DNA from: Lama glama
Lineage: Eukaryota
Assembly: GCA_028534125.1 (NCBI GenBank)
Contig: CM052817.1
Coordinates: forward strand, 80,106,001-80,170,000
Direction of reading: 5' to 3'
DNA: 64,000 nt
Shown here: positions 35,765 to 48,525 of the stretch, one piece after another
How the letters are laid out: every line of letters begins with the position of its first letter
Position numbering within the stretch: the stretch's first letter is position 1
The notes under the pieces: generated by a model
The model's database searches: none
Told to the model about the DNA's origin: nothing
What the model saw: the letters and a program-made list of their open reading frames with translations, nothing else
Program-made: the position numbers and the translations under genes

Positions 35765-38230
35765 TTTTTAATAAACTTCTTTCTGAAATATAACGTGTAG
35801 ACAGGTGTAAAACTATTAAGATCCATGAATTTTCCAGAATGAGTACACTCATGTAACCACCGCTCAGATCAGGATATAAAGCATTTCTAGTGCCCTGGAA
35901 CCTCCATCAGATTCTCTCCTGGCCACGACTCCACACCTCAGCCTAAAAGGCAGCTACTCTTATGGCTTCTAACACCATAGATTAGTTTGGCCATGGTGCA
36001 TAAAAGTACATATTTCTGTTTGCTTTATATCTGGGAGTGAAATTATTGGGTTGTAGCATATGTGTATGTCCTCGTTAGTAAATACTGCCAAAAGTTTTCT
36101 GTAATGATTGTGTCAGTTAACTCTTCCACCAGTAATGTGTGGAAATTTCAGTTTCTCCTCAATCTTGTCAACATTTGGTGGGTTTTTAACAGTATTTCAC
36201 TGTGGTTTTCTCTGATGGCTGAGTTGAGTACCTTTTTATATATGTATTGTCCATTTGGATATCTTCCTTTGTGACATACCTGTTCAATATCTATTCAATT
36301 TTTCTACTGTGTTGCTTTAAAAGAATAATAACTCTTCATAGTCTTTTTTGAGGAATAGAAGTAACTACAGATATTTATTATAATATATATAAATACAATG
36401 AATCCAGTTTATCATTGTTTTTCTTTGTGGAAAGTGGTTTCTGTATCCTGTTTAAGAAGTCTGTCAATTCCACTGTTATGAATATTTTATTTTACATTAT
36501 CTTCTTTGATTCTGAAAATGCTTTATGAGCTCTCCTTTTATATTACCATGTATAATTAATTTACTTTTTTCCATGTAGATAATTGTACCAGCACTAGCTG
36601 GTGAAATGACCATTCTTGCTCTGCAGTGTTACTTTGTCTTAAATCAAAGTGTTTGGGTTTAATATCCGGTTCTATTTCACTGATCTCTTTGTCCTTGTGC
36701 CAACATACTATTGAAATGTCTTTAATCACTTCAGCCTTATTAAAAGACTTAACTTCTGGTATGTAAGTGCACCTTCTTTTTTCTTCTTCATCAAGTTTTT
36801 CTTAACTACTCTTGGCCCTTTGCATTTGCTTAGAACATTAAAAATCAGCTTGCTCCCTCCCCCGAAAATGGATTTAGGTTGGATTTATTAAATCTCTTGA
36901 TCAATTTGGAGAGAATAAGAAAGTTAACATTTGCAATTTATGAACATGTTAGATCCCTTCATTTATTTTAGATCTTTAATTTCTCTCAAAGTTTTATAGT
37001 TTTATGTGAAGAAGTCTTATATAATGTTCAGTAGATTTATTCTAAGGTATTTAAGTTCTTTTGAATGCAGTTATAAATGGAATCTTTTAAAATTTCACTT
37101 CATGATTGTTTTTGTTTGTATCTAGGAAAAATAAACTTTTGTGTACTGGCTTTATGACTACCTTGCTAAATTCACTTACCAATTTTAATAGCGTGTGTAT
37201 AGATTGAAGTTTTTTATGTATGAACCCATGTTACAGTTTTCGGTGTATGCAGTCTGCAATAATGAAAATTTCATTTCATTCCTTTTAACCCCTGCACTTA
37301 TTATTTCTTTTTCTTGCCTTACTGCAGTGATTAAATCTTTAACATAGATTTAATAGAAGCGATAACAGTAATTATACTTACCTCATTCTTGATCCTAGGC
37401 AGAAAATTTCTAATATTTTACTACTTAGAGTTATATTTGCTCTCTTTTCTTGTAGCTAATATGATAGAGTAATGAAATTTCCATTTATTCCTAGTTTGAT
37501 TTTATAATTAATGATAATTTTTATGACGTTCCTTTTCTATGTCTATAGGATAATCATATTATTCCTCTTCTTTATTCTATTAATGTGGAGAATGATGATG
37601 ATTGATTTTTCAGATGTTAAACCAACTTTACATTCCTGGAACATAGCCATCTTTTCATGATGTATAACCCTTTATATATTGGTATTTTTGCTGTTGTTTA
37701 GGATATTTGCAGTTACGTTCATGAGAGAGATCAGACTATAATTTTCTTTTCTTGTAATGTCGTTTTAGGATTTGAGGAACAGGGTTATTTCTGGCCTCAT
37801 GAATCAAGTTGGGAATTATTCTGGCCTCTTTTTTCTCTGCAAGAGTTTTTGTAAGCTTAGTGTTATATTCATCCTTAAATACTTTGTAACATTTACCAGT
37901 GAAGCTATCTATGCCTGAAATTTTCTTTGTGGGAAAGATTTTAATTACAGAATTAATTTATTTAATAGCTATTGGAATATTTAATTACATGCTTTTTTTG
38001 TTAATGTGTTAGTTTTGGTAAGCCTTTTTTTTTCCCCTCCAAGTTTGTTTATTTCAGCTAAATTTTGAATTATTTGGGCTAAGGTTATTCTTAGTATCCT
38101 CATATTATCCTTGCAATGGTCTGTAGGTTCTGTAATGATGTCTCCTTTTATACTCCTGATACTGGTAATACGTATCTTTTCTCACATATCTGTGATTGTC
38201 TTGCTAGAGATTTAACTCTGTTAGCCTTTT
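35765..38230 (-). mobile_element. Old, highly diverged L1 (L1M class), 3' UTR into ORF2
   Basis: Antisense ORF2-like runs ('ttaaaccaactttacattcctggaa', 'gttcatgagagagatcagactataattttc', 'accagtgaagctatct') with no open frame. Confidence 0.75.
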
Positions 38231-38231
38231 C

Positions 38232-41200
38232 ACTTTAACACTATTAATTCTTCCAATCCATGAACATGGAATAGTATAGCTTCCCATTTGTTTGTGTTAT
38301 CTTCAGTTTTTTCATCAATGTCTTTTACTTCCTGATTAGGTGTATTCCTAGGTATTTTATTCTTTTTGATGCAATTGTAAATGGAAGTGTTTTCTTAATT
38401 TCTCATTCTGATAATTTGTTACTAGTGTATAGAAACACAACAGATATCTGTTTATTAATTTCATATTTTCCAACTTTACTGAATTCATTTACTAGTTCTA
38501 TTAGTGTTTGGTAGCACCTTTAGGATTTTGTATATAGAGTGTCACGCCATGCACAGTGACAGTTTTACTTCTTCCTTTCCAATTTTGATTCTGTTTCTTT
38601 CTTTTTCTTGTCTGATTACTGTGGCTAAAACTTCCAATATTATGTTGAATAAAAGTCGTGAGAGTGGGCATCTTTGTCCTGTTCCTGTTCTTAGAGTAAA
38701 TGCTTTCAACTTTTCACCATTAAGAATGATGTTGGCTGTAGGTTTATCATACATGGCCTTTATTATGTTGAGGTATGTTCCCTCTCTACCCATCTTGTTG
38801 AGAGTTTTTATCATATGTGGATATTGAGTTTTGTCCAAAACTTTTTCTGCATCTATTGAGATGATCATGGTTTTTATTCTTCAGTTTGTTAATGTGGTGT
38901 ATCACATTGATTGATTTGCAGATACTGAAAATTCCTTGCATCCCTGGGATAAATCCAACTTGATCATGGTGTATGATTCTTTTAATGTATCGTTGGAGTC
39001 AATTTGGTAGTATTTTGTTGAGGACTTTTGCTTCTATGTTCATCAGGGATATTGTCTTAAAATTTTCTTTTTTTATAATGTCTTTGTTTGCTTTTGGTAC
39101 CAGGGTAATGTTGGCCTTGTAGAGTGAGTTTGGAAGTGTTCCTTCCTTTTCAGTTGTTTGGAATAGTTTGAGAAGTATAAGTGTTAACTCTTCTTTAAAT
39201 GTTTTATAGATTTCCCCTGTGAAGCCATCTTGTCCCAGACTTTTGATTTTTGGGAGTTTTTTGATTACTGATTCAGTTTTAGTACTAAATGATTAATTAC
39301 CAGTCTGTTCAGATTTTCTGTTTCTTTCTTAATCAGTCTTGGGAAATTGTATGTTTCTAGGAATTTATCCATTTCTTCTAGGTTGTTCCTTTTTTTATTG
39401 AGATATAATCTCTTATAATCTCTAATGAATCTTTGTAGTTCTTAGTGTTGGTTGTAGCTTCTCTTTTGTTTCTGATTTTATCTATTTTGGCCCTCTGTCT
39501 TTTTTTCCTGATGAGTCTGGGTAAAGCTTTGTCAATTTTGTTTATCTTTTCAGAGAAGAAGCTCTTCGTTTTATTGATCTTTCCTGGTTTTTTTTTTTCA
39601 GTTGTTATTTCATTTATTTCTGCTCTGATCTTGTGATTTCTTTGGGTTTTATTTGAGTTTTATTCATCCTTTTTCTAGTTCTTTTAGGTGTAAGTTTAGC
39701 TTATTTATTTGAGATTTTTTTTCTTTCCTGAGGTAGGCTCATGTTGCTGTAAACTTCCCTCCTTACCTGTTCTGCTGTGTCCCATAGATTTTTGATCACT
39801 TTATTTTTATTGTCATTTATCTTCAGGGTTTTTTTTTTTAACTTCATTTTCAATTTCTTCCGTGACCCTTTTAGTTGCATATTATTTAGCCACTGTGGTT
39901 TTTTTTTTTGTTTTTTTTTTTCTTCCATTTTTTTCTTGTAGTTAATTTCTAGCCTCATAGCATTGGGGTAGGAAAAGATGCTAGAGTATGATTTCAACCT
40001 TAAATTTATTGAAACTTGTTTTGTGACCTAGCATGTTATCTGTTCTGGGAATGTTCCGTGTGTACTTGAAAAGAATGTGTATTCTGCAGTTTGGGAATGA
40101 AATACTGTGTATGTATATATGTATTTACACACACAAGTCCAGCTGCTTTAGTGTTTCATTTAAGGAAGTGTTTCCTTACTGATTTTCTGTTTAGATGATC
40201 TGTCCGTTTGATATAAGTGGCTGTTAAAATCCCATGCTGTTACTGTGTTACTATCAATTTCTTTATTTATGCTTGCTAATATTTACTTTATGTATTTAGG
40301 TTCTCATATATTGGATGCATATACATTTACAATTATTAGACATCTTTTTGTTGGATTGATCCTTTTATCATTATGTAATATCTCCCCTTTTCTTTTTTTT
40401 TGCAGTTTTTATTTTAAAGTCTTTTTTTGTCTAAGCAGTGCTACCTCAGCTTTCTTTTCATTTCCAGTTATATGAAATATTTTTTTCCATCTACTCACTT
40501 TCAGTCTGTGTGTCTTAGATCTGAAGTGAGTCTCTTGTAGGCAGGCTATGTAGGGTTTTGTTTTTTGTTTTTTGTTTTTTGTTTTTTTTTCAGTATTATT
40601 CATTTAGCCACTCTGTGTTTTTTAATTGGCATATTTATATTTAGTCCTTTTAAATTTGAAGTAATTATTGATAGGTATACACTTATTGGTGTTTTATTTA
40701 TTGCTTTCTGGGTTTTTTTGTTTGTTTGTTTGTTTATAGGTCTTTTTGCTCTCTTTCCTGGAGATTTGATGAGTATCTTTAGTGTTATGCTTGAATTCCT
40801 TTTTCTTTTCATTTGCTTTTTGGTGTGTATCTATTACAGTTTTTTGATTTGTAGTTATCATGAGGTTTATATATGGCAACTTATTTATATATGTGATTAC
40901 TTTAAGTTGATGATCTCTTATGATTTTCTTGTGTATTTCTTATATGTTCTAAAAACCATACATTTTTGCTCACATCCCCACATTTAATGTTTTTGACATC
41001 GTATTTTACCTATTTTTGTTTTGTGTATCCCTTAACTACTTATTGTGGTTGTAGATGATTTTAATACTTTTGTCTTTTACCTTTCCTACTAGCATTATTA
41101 GTGATTCATCTATTCCCTTTACTTTTTATTTGTCTTTACTGTTGAGATTTTTCCTTTCATAATTTTTATGTTTCTAACTGAGGTCTTTTTGCTTAGAGAA

Positions 41201-44088
41201 ATTCTTTTAACCTTTCCTGTAAAGCCAGTTTAGTGATGCTGAACTCTTAGCTTTTGCTTATCTGTAAACTTCTTTATCTTTCTTCATATCTGAATGATAG
41301 CCTTCTTGAGTAGAGTATTCTTGGGTGTATGTTCCCTTTCATCTCTTTGAATATATCATGCCACTCCCTTTTCTGGCCTGCAAATTTTCTACTGAAAAGT
41401 CAGCCTATAATTTTATGGAACTTCCATTGTTCATAACTAGTTGCTATTTTCTTGCTGCTTTTAAGATTCTTTAATTTTGCCTTTTCCATTATAATGTGTC
41501 TTGGTGTGGTCCTCTTTGGGTTTATCTTGTTTGGGACTCTTTGTGCTTCCTTGACGTGGATGTCTCTTTCCTTTCCTAGGTTAGTGAAGTTTTTAGCTAT
41601 TATTTATTGAAATAAGTTCTCTGCTTCTTTCTCTCTTCTTTTGAGACCCCTGTCATGTGAATATTAGTATGCCTGTTGTTGTCTCATAGGTCTTGTAAAA
41701 CTACCTTTATTCAATTCTTTTTACTTTATTTCTGTTCAGCTTGAGTGATTTCGCTACTCTGTCTTCCAGTTTGCTGATCAATTTTTTAGTATGGTGTAGC
41801 AATCTACTGTTGATTCCTTCTCACAAATCTTTTACTTATTGTATTCTTTTTTTTTTTAGTTGAAGTATAGTTATTTACAATATTATGTTAATTTCAGGTG
41901 TATAGCATAGTGATTCAGTGTTTTTTGCAGGTTATATCCTGTTATAGGTTATTGCAGGATAATGGGTGTAATTCCTTGTGCTATATAGTAAATCACTGTT
42001 GCTCATCTGTTTTATATATAGAAGTTTGTATCTGTTAATCCCATACCCCTGGTTTGTCCCACCCTACCTCCCTATCCCCTTTAGTAATCACAAGTTTGTT
42101 TTCTATGCCTGAATCTCTTTCTGTTTTGTATATACATTCATTTGTATTATTTTTTAGTTTCTACATATAAGTATATATAGTATGTGTCTTTCTCTGTCTG
42201 ATTTGCTTCACCAAGCATAATATTTTCTAGGTACATCCATGTTGCTGCAGATGGCAGTGTTTCGTTCTTTTTTATAGTTAAGTATATTCCATTGTGTGTG
42301 TATGTGTATACACACATCCCATGTCTTCTTAATCCAGTCTTCTCTTGATGGGCACTTGAATTGTTTCCATGTCTTAGCTGTCATAAATAGTGCTGCTGTG
42401 AACATGAGAGGGTATGTATCCTTTTGAATTAGTGTTTTCATTTTTTCCTGGGTATATACTCAGGAGTGGAATTGCTGGATCATATGAAAGTTCTGTTTTT
42501 AGTGTTTTAAGGAACCTGCATACTGTTTTCCACTGGCTGCACAAATTTACATCCCCACCAGCAGAGTATGAGGGTTCTCTTTTCTCCACACCCTGACCAA
42601 CATTTGTTATTTATAGACTTTTAGATGATAGCTATTCTGACAAATGTGAGGTAACACCTCATTGTGGTTTTGATTTGCATTTCTCTAATAGTTAGTGATG
42701 TTGAGCACCTTTTCATGTGTCTGTTGGCCGTCTTTATGTCTTCTTTGGAAAAATATATATTCAAATCTGCTGCCCATTTTTTAATCTGCTTGTTTGTTTT
42801 TTTCAGTATTAACTTGTGTGAGCTATTTGTATATTTTGGATATTACTAGTTATTTCATTTTTTAGTTCTGTTTGGTTCTTCAGTATATTTTCTCTTTGTT
42901 AAAATTTTTTCTCTGTTCATCCATTCTATTCCTGAGTTTATTGAGCATCTTTGTGATTATTACCTTGACCTCTTTATCGGGTAGATTTCTTTCTCCCCTT
43001 GGTTTATTTCTTCTCCTGGTATTTCGTTCCTTTATTTGCAGCATACTCCTCTGTCTCCTCATTTTCCCAAATTTGCTCTTTTTTTCTGTGTATTAAGTAG
43101 GTTGGTTATGTTTGCCAGTTTTGGAGAAGAGGCCTCATGTAGGAGATGTTCTTTGGTGCCTGGTAGCACACTCCCCTCTGGTCACTAGAGCTGTATGTTC
43201 TAGGGCATGCCTGCTGTGTAGGCTGCATGGGACACATCTGTTTTGGGAGACTGACTGCTATTGGTGCACTGGTAGACAGGGCTGTCGCCAACCCAGTTGG
43301 CTGTCAGGCCCTGCCTCATGAGTGGCTATTGGCCTGGTGATGGCTGTGGTTGATCCTAGGCTGGCTAGCTATGTAGCATAGAGTGTCCCGGGACTGGTGC
43401 TGACCAGCTCATGGGCAGGAAAGGCCCTGGCACTAAAATGCTAGAGGTGGGATGCCAAAGAGGCGCTTACCAGCACCACTGTCCTCATGCTAGAATGAGC
43501 TCTCAAAAATGACTGCTGCCAGCATCTATGTCCCCAGTGGGAGTTCCATTGGCCTCCTGCATTTCAAGCAGGTTCTCCAAGATTAGAAGTGAGTCTGACT
43601 CAGGCTCCTTTCAAATTACTGCCTCTGTGCTGGACCCATAGCATATGAGATGTTGCAGGAGCCCTTTAAGAGTGGAGCGTGTGTTTCCAACAGCCCTCTG
43701 GCTCTCCTGTTTACAAGCGCTACTGGCCTTCAAAGCTGGGGTCTTATCTTCCCGGTCGGTGCAAGATCCCCAGGCTGCGGAGCCTGACGTGGGGCTTGGA
43801 CCCCTCACTCCTTGGGAAGATTTTCTGCAGTTGTGATTATCCTCCCATTTGTAGGTCACCCACGTAGGTGTATGGGTCTTGACCATGTTGCATCTCTGTC
43901 CCTCCTACTGTCTCATAGTTTCATAATTCCCTTTTAATATCTTGAGTTGTGGAAATCTTTTCTGCTAATTTTCAAATTGTTCTCATAGATAGTTGCTTTG
44001 CAAATAGTTGTAATTTTGGTATGCTTGGAGGAGGAGGTGAGCTCAGGGTGTTCCTACTCTGCCATCCTTGCTACACCCCCCCCCCCCC
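38232..44088 (-). mobile_element. L1 retaining 5' UTR, ORF1 and the EN/RT part of ORF2 but lacking the 3' end; interrupted by a nested L1
   Basis: Minus-strand peptides include ORF1 (RNLPDKEVKVIITKML), endonuclease (YLSIITSNLKGLN, IACLQETHFR) and RT (IISIDAEK...GTGQRCPLS). The 5' end is G-rich with a YY1-like AGGATGGC at 44061-44068. Confidence 0.88.
41847..42846 (-). mobile_element. 5'-truncated L1 (about 1 kb) nested in ORF1 of the longer L1
   Basis: Poly-T at 41847-41857, 3' UTR, and ORF2 C-terminal peptides (ELSYDPAIPLL, MFTAALFMTAKTWKQ). Host ORF1 sequence resumes at about 42847. Confidence 0.88.
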
Positions 44089-44723
44089 AGTATTTCTTAG
44101 CTTTTGAAAACTCTAGGCTTCTTAATTCTTTTTCCTTTTCTGTCTCCTCTGGGAATTACTGCTGTTTTCTTGCTGTCCTCATAGATGTGGAGTTTTTGCC
44201 CAGCTTTAAGTTCAGTAGTTTGTATTTGAACTTGTAGAGGTTTTGCTGTTTTATAAATATACGTTTATATTATAGTATTATGTATACTTTTTAAAACCAT
44301 ATATTGCCTGCCCTTTCCAAACCCCTTTCTCAAATGAAAATAATTGGTCTCCTTTATTGCCAAATTTTATGCCTCATGACGTAAATATGGTGGGAAAATT
44401 ATTACACCACTTCCTTTGTTTGAGTTTTTAGTATATAGGTACCAATAAGAGTAAGCTATCTGGTCAAACTTAGAAATATTGACAAAATTGCCAGATTTGA
44501 AACATGAAGTAGTTCCTTTGGTCTTTTGATTACTTCCATTTATGTAAAGAGTTTTTGAGAACTGTTTAAATTCTTTCAGGCCACCAAGGTACTGTTTAAG
44601 TCACAGTGCCTTATTTCTGAAACTTTATTTATTTAGTTTTTTATACTCTGGTACTAATTAACTAAAAGGTGTGTTGGGCAGTGAAACAGTCTAATTTAAA
44701 ATCTTTATTTTCATGTCAAGAGC

Positions 44724-45099
44724 TGTGAAGGGCTTGAGATTTTTACCCAACTTGTAAGCTATCAAGTTTCACAAGTGCTTGCAGAAGATGCAGTATTCCT
44801 GGGTCAGAGTTAAAGGACAGACTATTACTTTAGCAACAGAAATAGCCAGAGCAGCAGCATTTGCTCCACTCTCAGAGTCTCAGTATTCACAGCATTACAG
44901 GGGGAGAACTCTCAGCATAGGGAGGGTATGCTGTAATGGGCAGTAAGCATGTTTGCCCTTTGCTTTGGCAGGAGACACTCTATCTTCCTCTATCTTCCTG
45001 TGTACAAACATCCTTGAAAAGATGGTTTGTAACAGAGTCAGTGCTTGTGCTGGAAAGATAAGCAGAAACATGAATGACCTGAAGAATTATCTTTCAACA
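44724..45099. mobile_element. Solo LTR, probably ERVL class (MER54/MER74-like)
   Basis: TG...CA termini. 'tgtgaagggcttgagatttttacccaacttgtaagcta...ttcctgggtcagag' resembles these LTR ends as recalled. Confidence 0.55.
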
Positions 45100-46683
45100 T
45101 TTTTGGAAGGCAAAAAACCAAATGGGCATTTGTAACATAGACTTATATAAGTGACTTATAAAGATTTTAGATTGTAGAGAAAAGCCTAAGAAAATTTCCC
45201 AAGAAAATAGTGATGTTTTTACACATATCCTCAACTTCCTCTTTGGTAGCTTTTTTTCCAGTTAGCATGCTATCTCAAAGACCTCTGTGAATATCAGACT
45301 TACACTGATAGTTTTCCTTGGGAGAGATCACTATGGATCTATTTTCTGAGTATCGTTCTACTATTCACTGTTTTTTCTTTGTAGTCAAAGATATGCAACC
45401 CTCTGTGTTTGGGGGAATTTATGCCTGCATTCCTTGCATCAGTGCTTCTGTTTCAAAGTTCAAACAAATGAAAGCAAGTAAAATGGCAATTATGTTATCA
45501 TTTTCATTTAGTAAAAATTCATTGGGGCATAACATTTTAGACAAAAGATGTTAAAAGTGATGGAACTAGCTGTTGTCCCAGGGCAAGTTCACATATTCAG
45601 GCTGGATTTCTAAGAAGTCTCTGAGGCTAAAATTCTTCAAATGGAACTTCATTGTGCACTAGAACACAAGTATAGCACTTCATTGAAAAAGACCCTAAGG
45701 CAAAGAGCACATAGGGAGTTTGCTGCCCTCTAGACTGGAGGTCTTTGTCACAGATCAATAGGCTCCAAATCTGGTAACTTAGGTGTGGATGGAGTGGGTT
45801 GGACATTCACTCCTGTCAGTGTTTAAACTCCAAGCAAATCGCAAAGACAAAGAACCTAGTATCTTTAACTTCCTAGATCAGCGTTACCTCTTTTCATTTG
45901 TTTGGATCTTTCTAAATTTGACTTGATTGGCCATCTTTTTGTCTTTGTATTTTCCTGTTCTGATTCTACTTCTCCATCTCTGCCTATTAATTCTCTCTTT
46001 TTTTAAACCATTGTTTATTCTTAAGCTCCTCAGATAATAGGGTTTCCTAAGATTGAGTCTTCAGCCTTCATTCTTCCATCCCTCATCCCTCCCTAGCCTC
46101 CCTTGTACAGGTCTCTTCAATGTCTATAATGTAAGCTCTTGCGTGTATGTGCGTAACTCTGAAGTTTGATTCTCTCTTGAGTTCCAAAACCACATTTCCA
46201 ACTGCAAGCTAAGTATATCCTTCAAGATGTTCTGCCATTACCTTACAAAATTTAACTTTGGTTTGTTAACAAAAGGTATGAGGCAAAAGAAATGTTCTTA
46301 TTTTAATATTTTGCTCTTTTCAGAGAAATTCCCTAAATTATTTTGATAAAGTGTTACGGTCTTTTTTGTGGATGTTCTTTTATAAGTTTTATTTCACATT
46401 TGTAAATACCTGTCTTTCCATGTTTCACATCAGTTTGTCATATTTTCACCGTCAAAACTAAGCATTTGGATTTTTGCCTTCATCCCCTATATTATTTTCA
46501 TCTACCTCTCTACCTTCTTACTGCTATCCACACAAACCCCCACACCTACACACACAAGCACACAAAATTTTAAATGCTACAACATGAATTAGGTTTGGGC
46601 TTTTTGTTATTATTTTTATCAGTATGTTTCAGTCTGTATTTGTGAGGTAGAAGATAAAGCTTGTTTTACTTTTCTTTTTGTAG

Positions 46684-46838
46684 GTCTCTATGCCTTGCGG
46701 AGAGTCTTGAGGAAACAGCCTAACCTCCCTGACAGCAAGGTGGCTGGATTGGTGAAGGTTACTCTGAAAGATTTTTTGCAGGGGATGAATGACATCAGGC
46801 CCAGTGCCATGAGGGAGGTAGCAATTGATGTCCCAAAT
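46684..46838 (+). CDS. SPATA5: SPATA5/AFG2A coding exon 10 (155 nt; D1-D2 linker)
   Basis: tttgtag|GTCTC...CCAAAT|gtaagt. Translates as (G)[51 protein letters not shown], in frame with exon 9 across a 22.8-kb intron. Confidence 0.97.
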
Positions 46839-46939
46839 GTAAGTATTTGTACCCTCATACTAGCCATCTATTTTCTGAGTGTCGTTCTACTACTGAAAGT
46901 CCAGGGAAACTACCTTCCTAAGCTAAACTTAAGAAAAAA

Positions 46940-47665
46940 ATTTTTAATTGAAATTTTTATGGAGATAATTATAGATTCAGTACAGTTGTAAGAAGTACTT
47001 TAGGGAGATCCTGTGTGTCCTTTACCCAATTTCCCACAAAGGTAACATTTTGCAAAACTCTTGTACAATATCACAAGCAGGATATTCATTCTGGTAGAAT
47101 CACCAATCTTATTCAGATTTTCCCAGTATTACTTGTACTCATCTGTGTGTATATGTATGTGTGTGTGTCTGTATTTAGTTCTGTGCAGTTTTATTACAAG
47201 TAAAGTCTTGTGTATCCATCATCAGTATCAAGATACAGAGGAGTTCCATCGGCACAGTGATCTCTTGCTTTGCTCTTAACTATACCCACCTTGTTCCTGT
47301 CTCATTTCTTAAATTCTGTCATTTCAGAAATGTTATATAAATGGAATTATACAGTATGCAACTAATTGGGATTAGTTTGTTGTTGTTGTTAATTTAGTGT
47401 AATTCCCTGGAGAGTCATTCAAATCATTATGCATTAATAGTTTGTTCTTTTCTGTTGCTGAGTAATACTCCATGGTATGTATTCACATGTTGGAGGACAT
47501 CTGGGCTGTTTCAGTTTGGGGCTAATATGAATAAAGCTGCTGTGAACATTTATGTACAGGTATGATGTGAGTAAAAGTTTTTCCTCTTTTGGAACAAATG
47601 CCTATGGGTGCAGTTACTAGATTTAATACTAATTCCATGTTTAGTTTTATAAGAAAATGTCAACA
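46940..47665 (-). mobile_element. Old L1 (L1MC-like) 3' end
   Basis: L1MC-like sequence 'tatagattcagtacagttgtaagaa...aaatgttatataaatggaattatacagtatg...ataaagctgctgtgaacatt'. Confidence 0.8.
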
Positions 47666-48048
47666 AGACTAATTTTAGAACAAAAAAGTCTTCTAGTTAT
47701 GATATTTTCTACTAATGATGCCTGGTATTTCCTGGGGTTCTTTTACGTACACTACATCATTGACTGTCTTTGCAAAGTTCTCAGTCAAATCATGACAGGG
47801 GCAACAAAAGCTACTTTTTAATGCATGGACTATCTATTATATCACTTATGACCCACGTAGGCCTGATATTCAGGAACAAAAATAGGCCTTTGAATGTATT
47901 TATGTATTTAGAAAATAAACATTGAAACAAGCATTGGCAGTGTGTCCTGCACTATATATAATATGCTAATAGATATTATGAAGTATCAAAAGAGAGCTGT
48001 TATTTAAATTTATTTCACCATAGAGCAGAGAGTTTCTGTATTTTGCAG

Positions 48049-48525
48049 TGTGGTAGACTGCAAAAAATGACCACGGATTCTTCCCATCACTGTGTTTGTC
48101 GCTTTGCACTGCAACGTTGTAGCTCCTACTATAAAAGACTCAGAGTCAAGTATTCCACCCTTGAATCTGCACTTGGCCATGTAACTTGCTTTGGCCAATA
48201 GGGCATTGGTAGTCATGATGCAAGCAGGCTTGAAAGTGCTTAGTGCTTGCCTTCTCTTGTTGATCTTTGACCTTGCTTTGTTAAGAAATCTGTACTAACT
48301 TCCTTAAGATGAGAGACTGTGTGGAGCAGAGATGAGCCTGCCTAGTTGAGATTCATCACAAATTGTCAGACATGGGATGCCATGCTAGACCACCCCATCC
48401 CAGTCGAAGTTTGCCTTAGATCAGAAGAAACCACCTAGTTAACCCTCGGAATTGTCAGAGATAATAAATGTCTGTTGTCGTGAGCAGCTAAATTTGGGAG
48501 TAATTAGCAAAAGCTAAGTGAAGCA
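48049..48525 (+). mobile_element. ERVL-MaLR solo LTR (MLT1-type)
   Basis: Starts TGTGGTAGACTGCAAAAAATGACCAC, contains 'cttggccatgtaacttgctttggccaatagg', and has the 3' part 'gagataataaatgtctgttgt...ctaaatttgggagtaatt'. Confidence 0.75.

Noticed and set aside
40565..40987. 140-aa hydrophobic ORF resembling a membrane protein
   Set aside because: It is the antisense strand of an A-rich L1 region. T-rich codons produce the Phe/Leu/Ile content.
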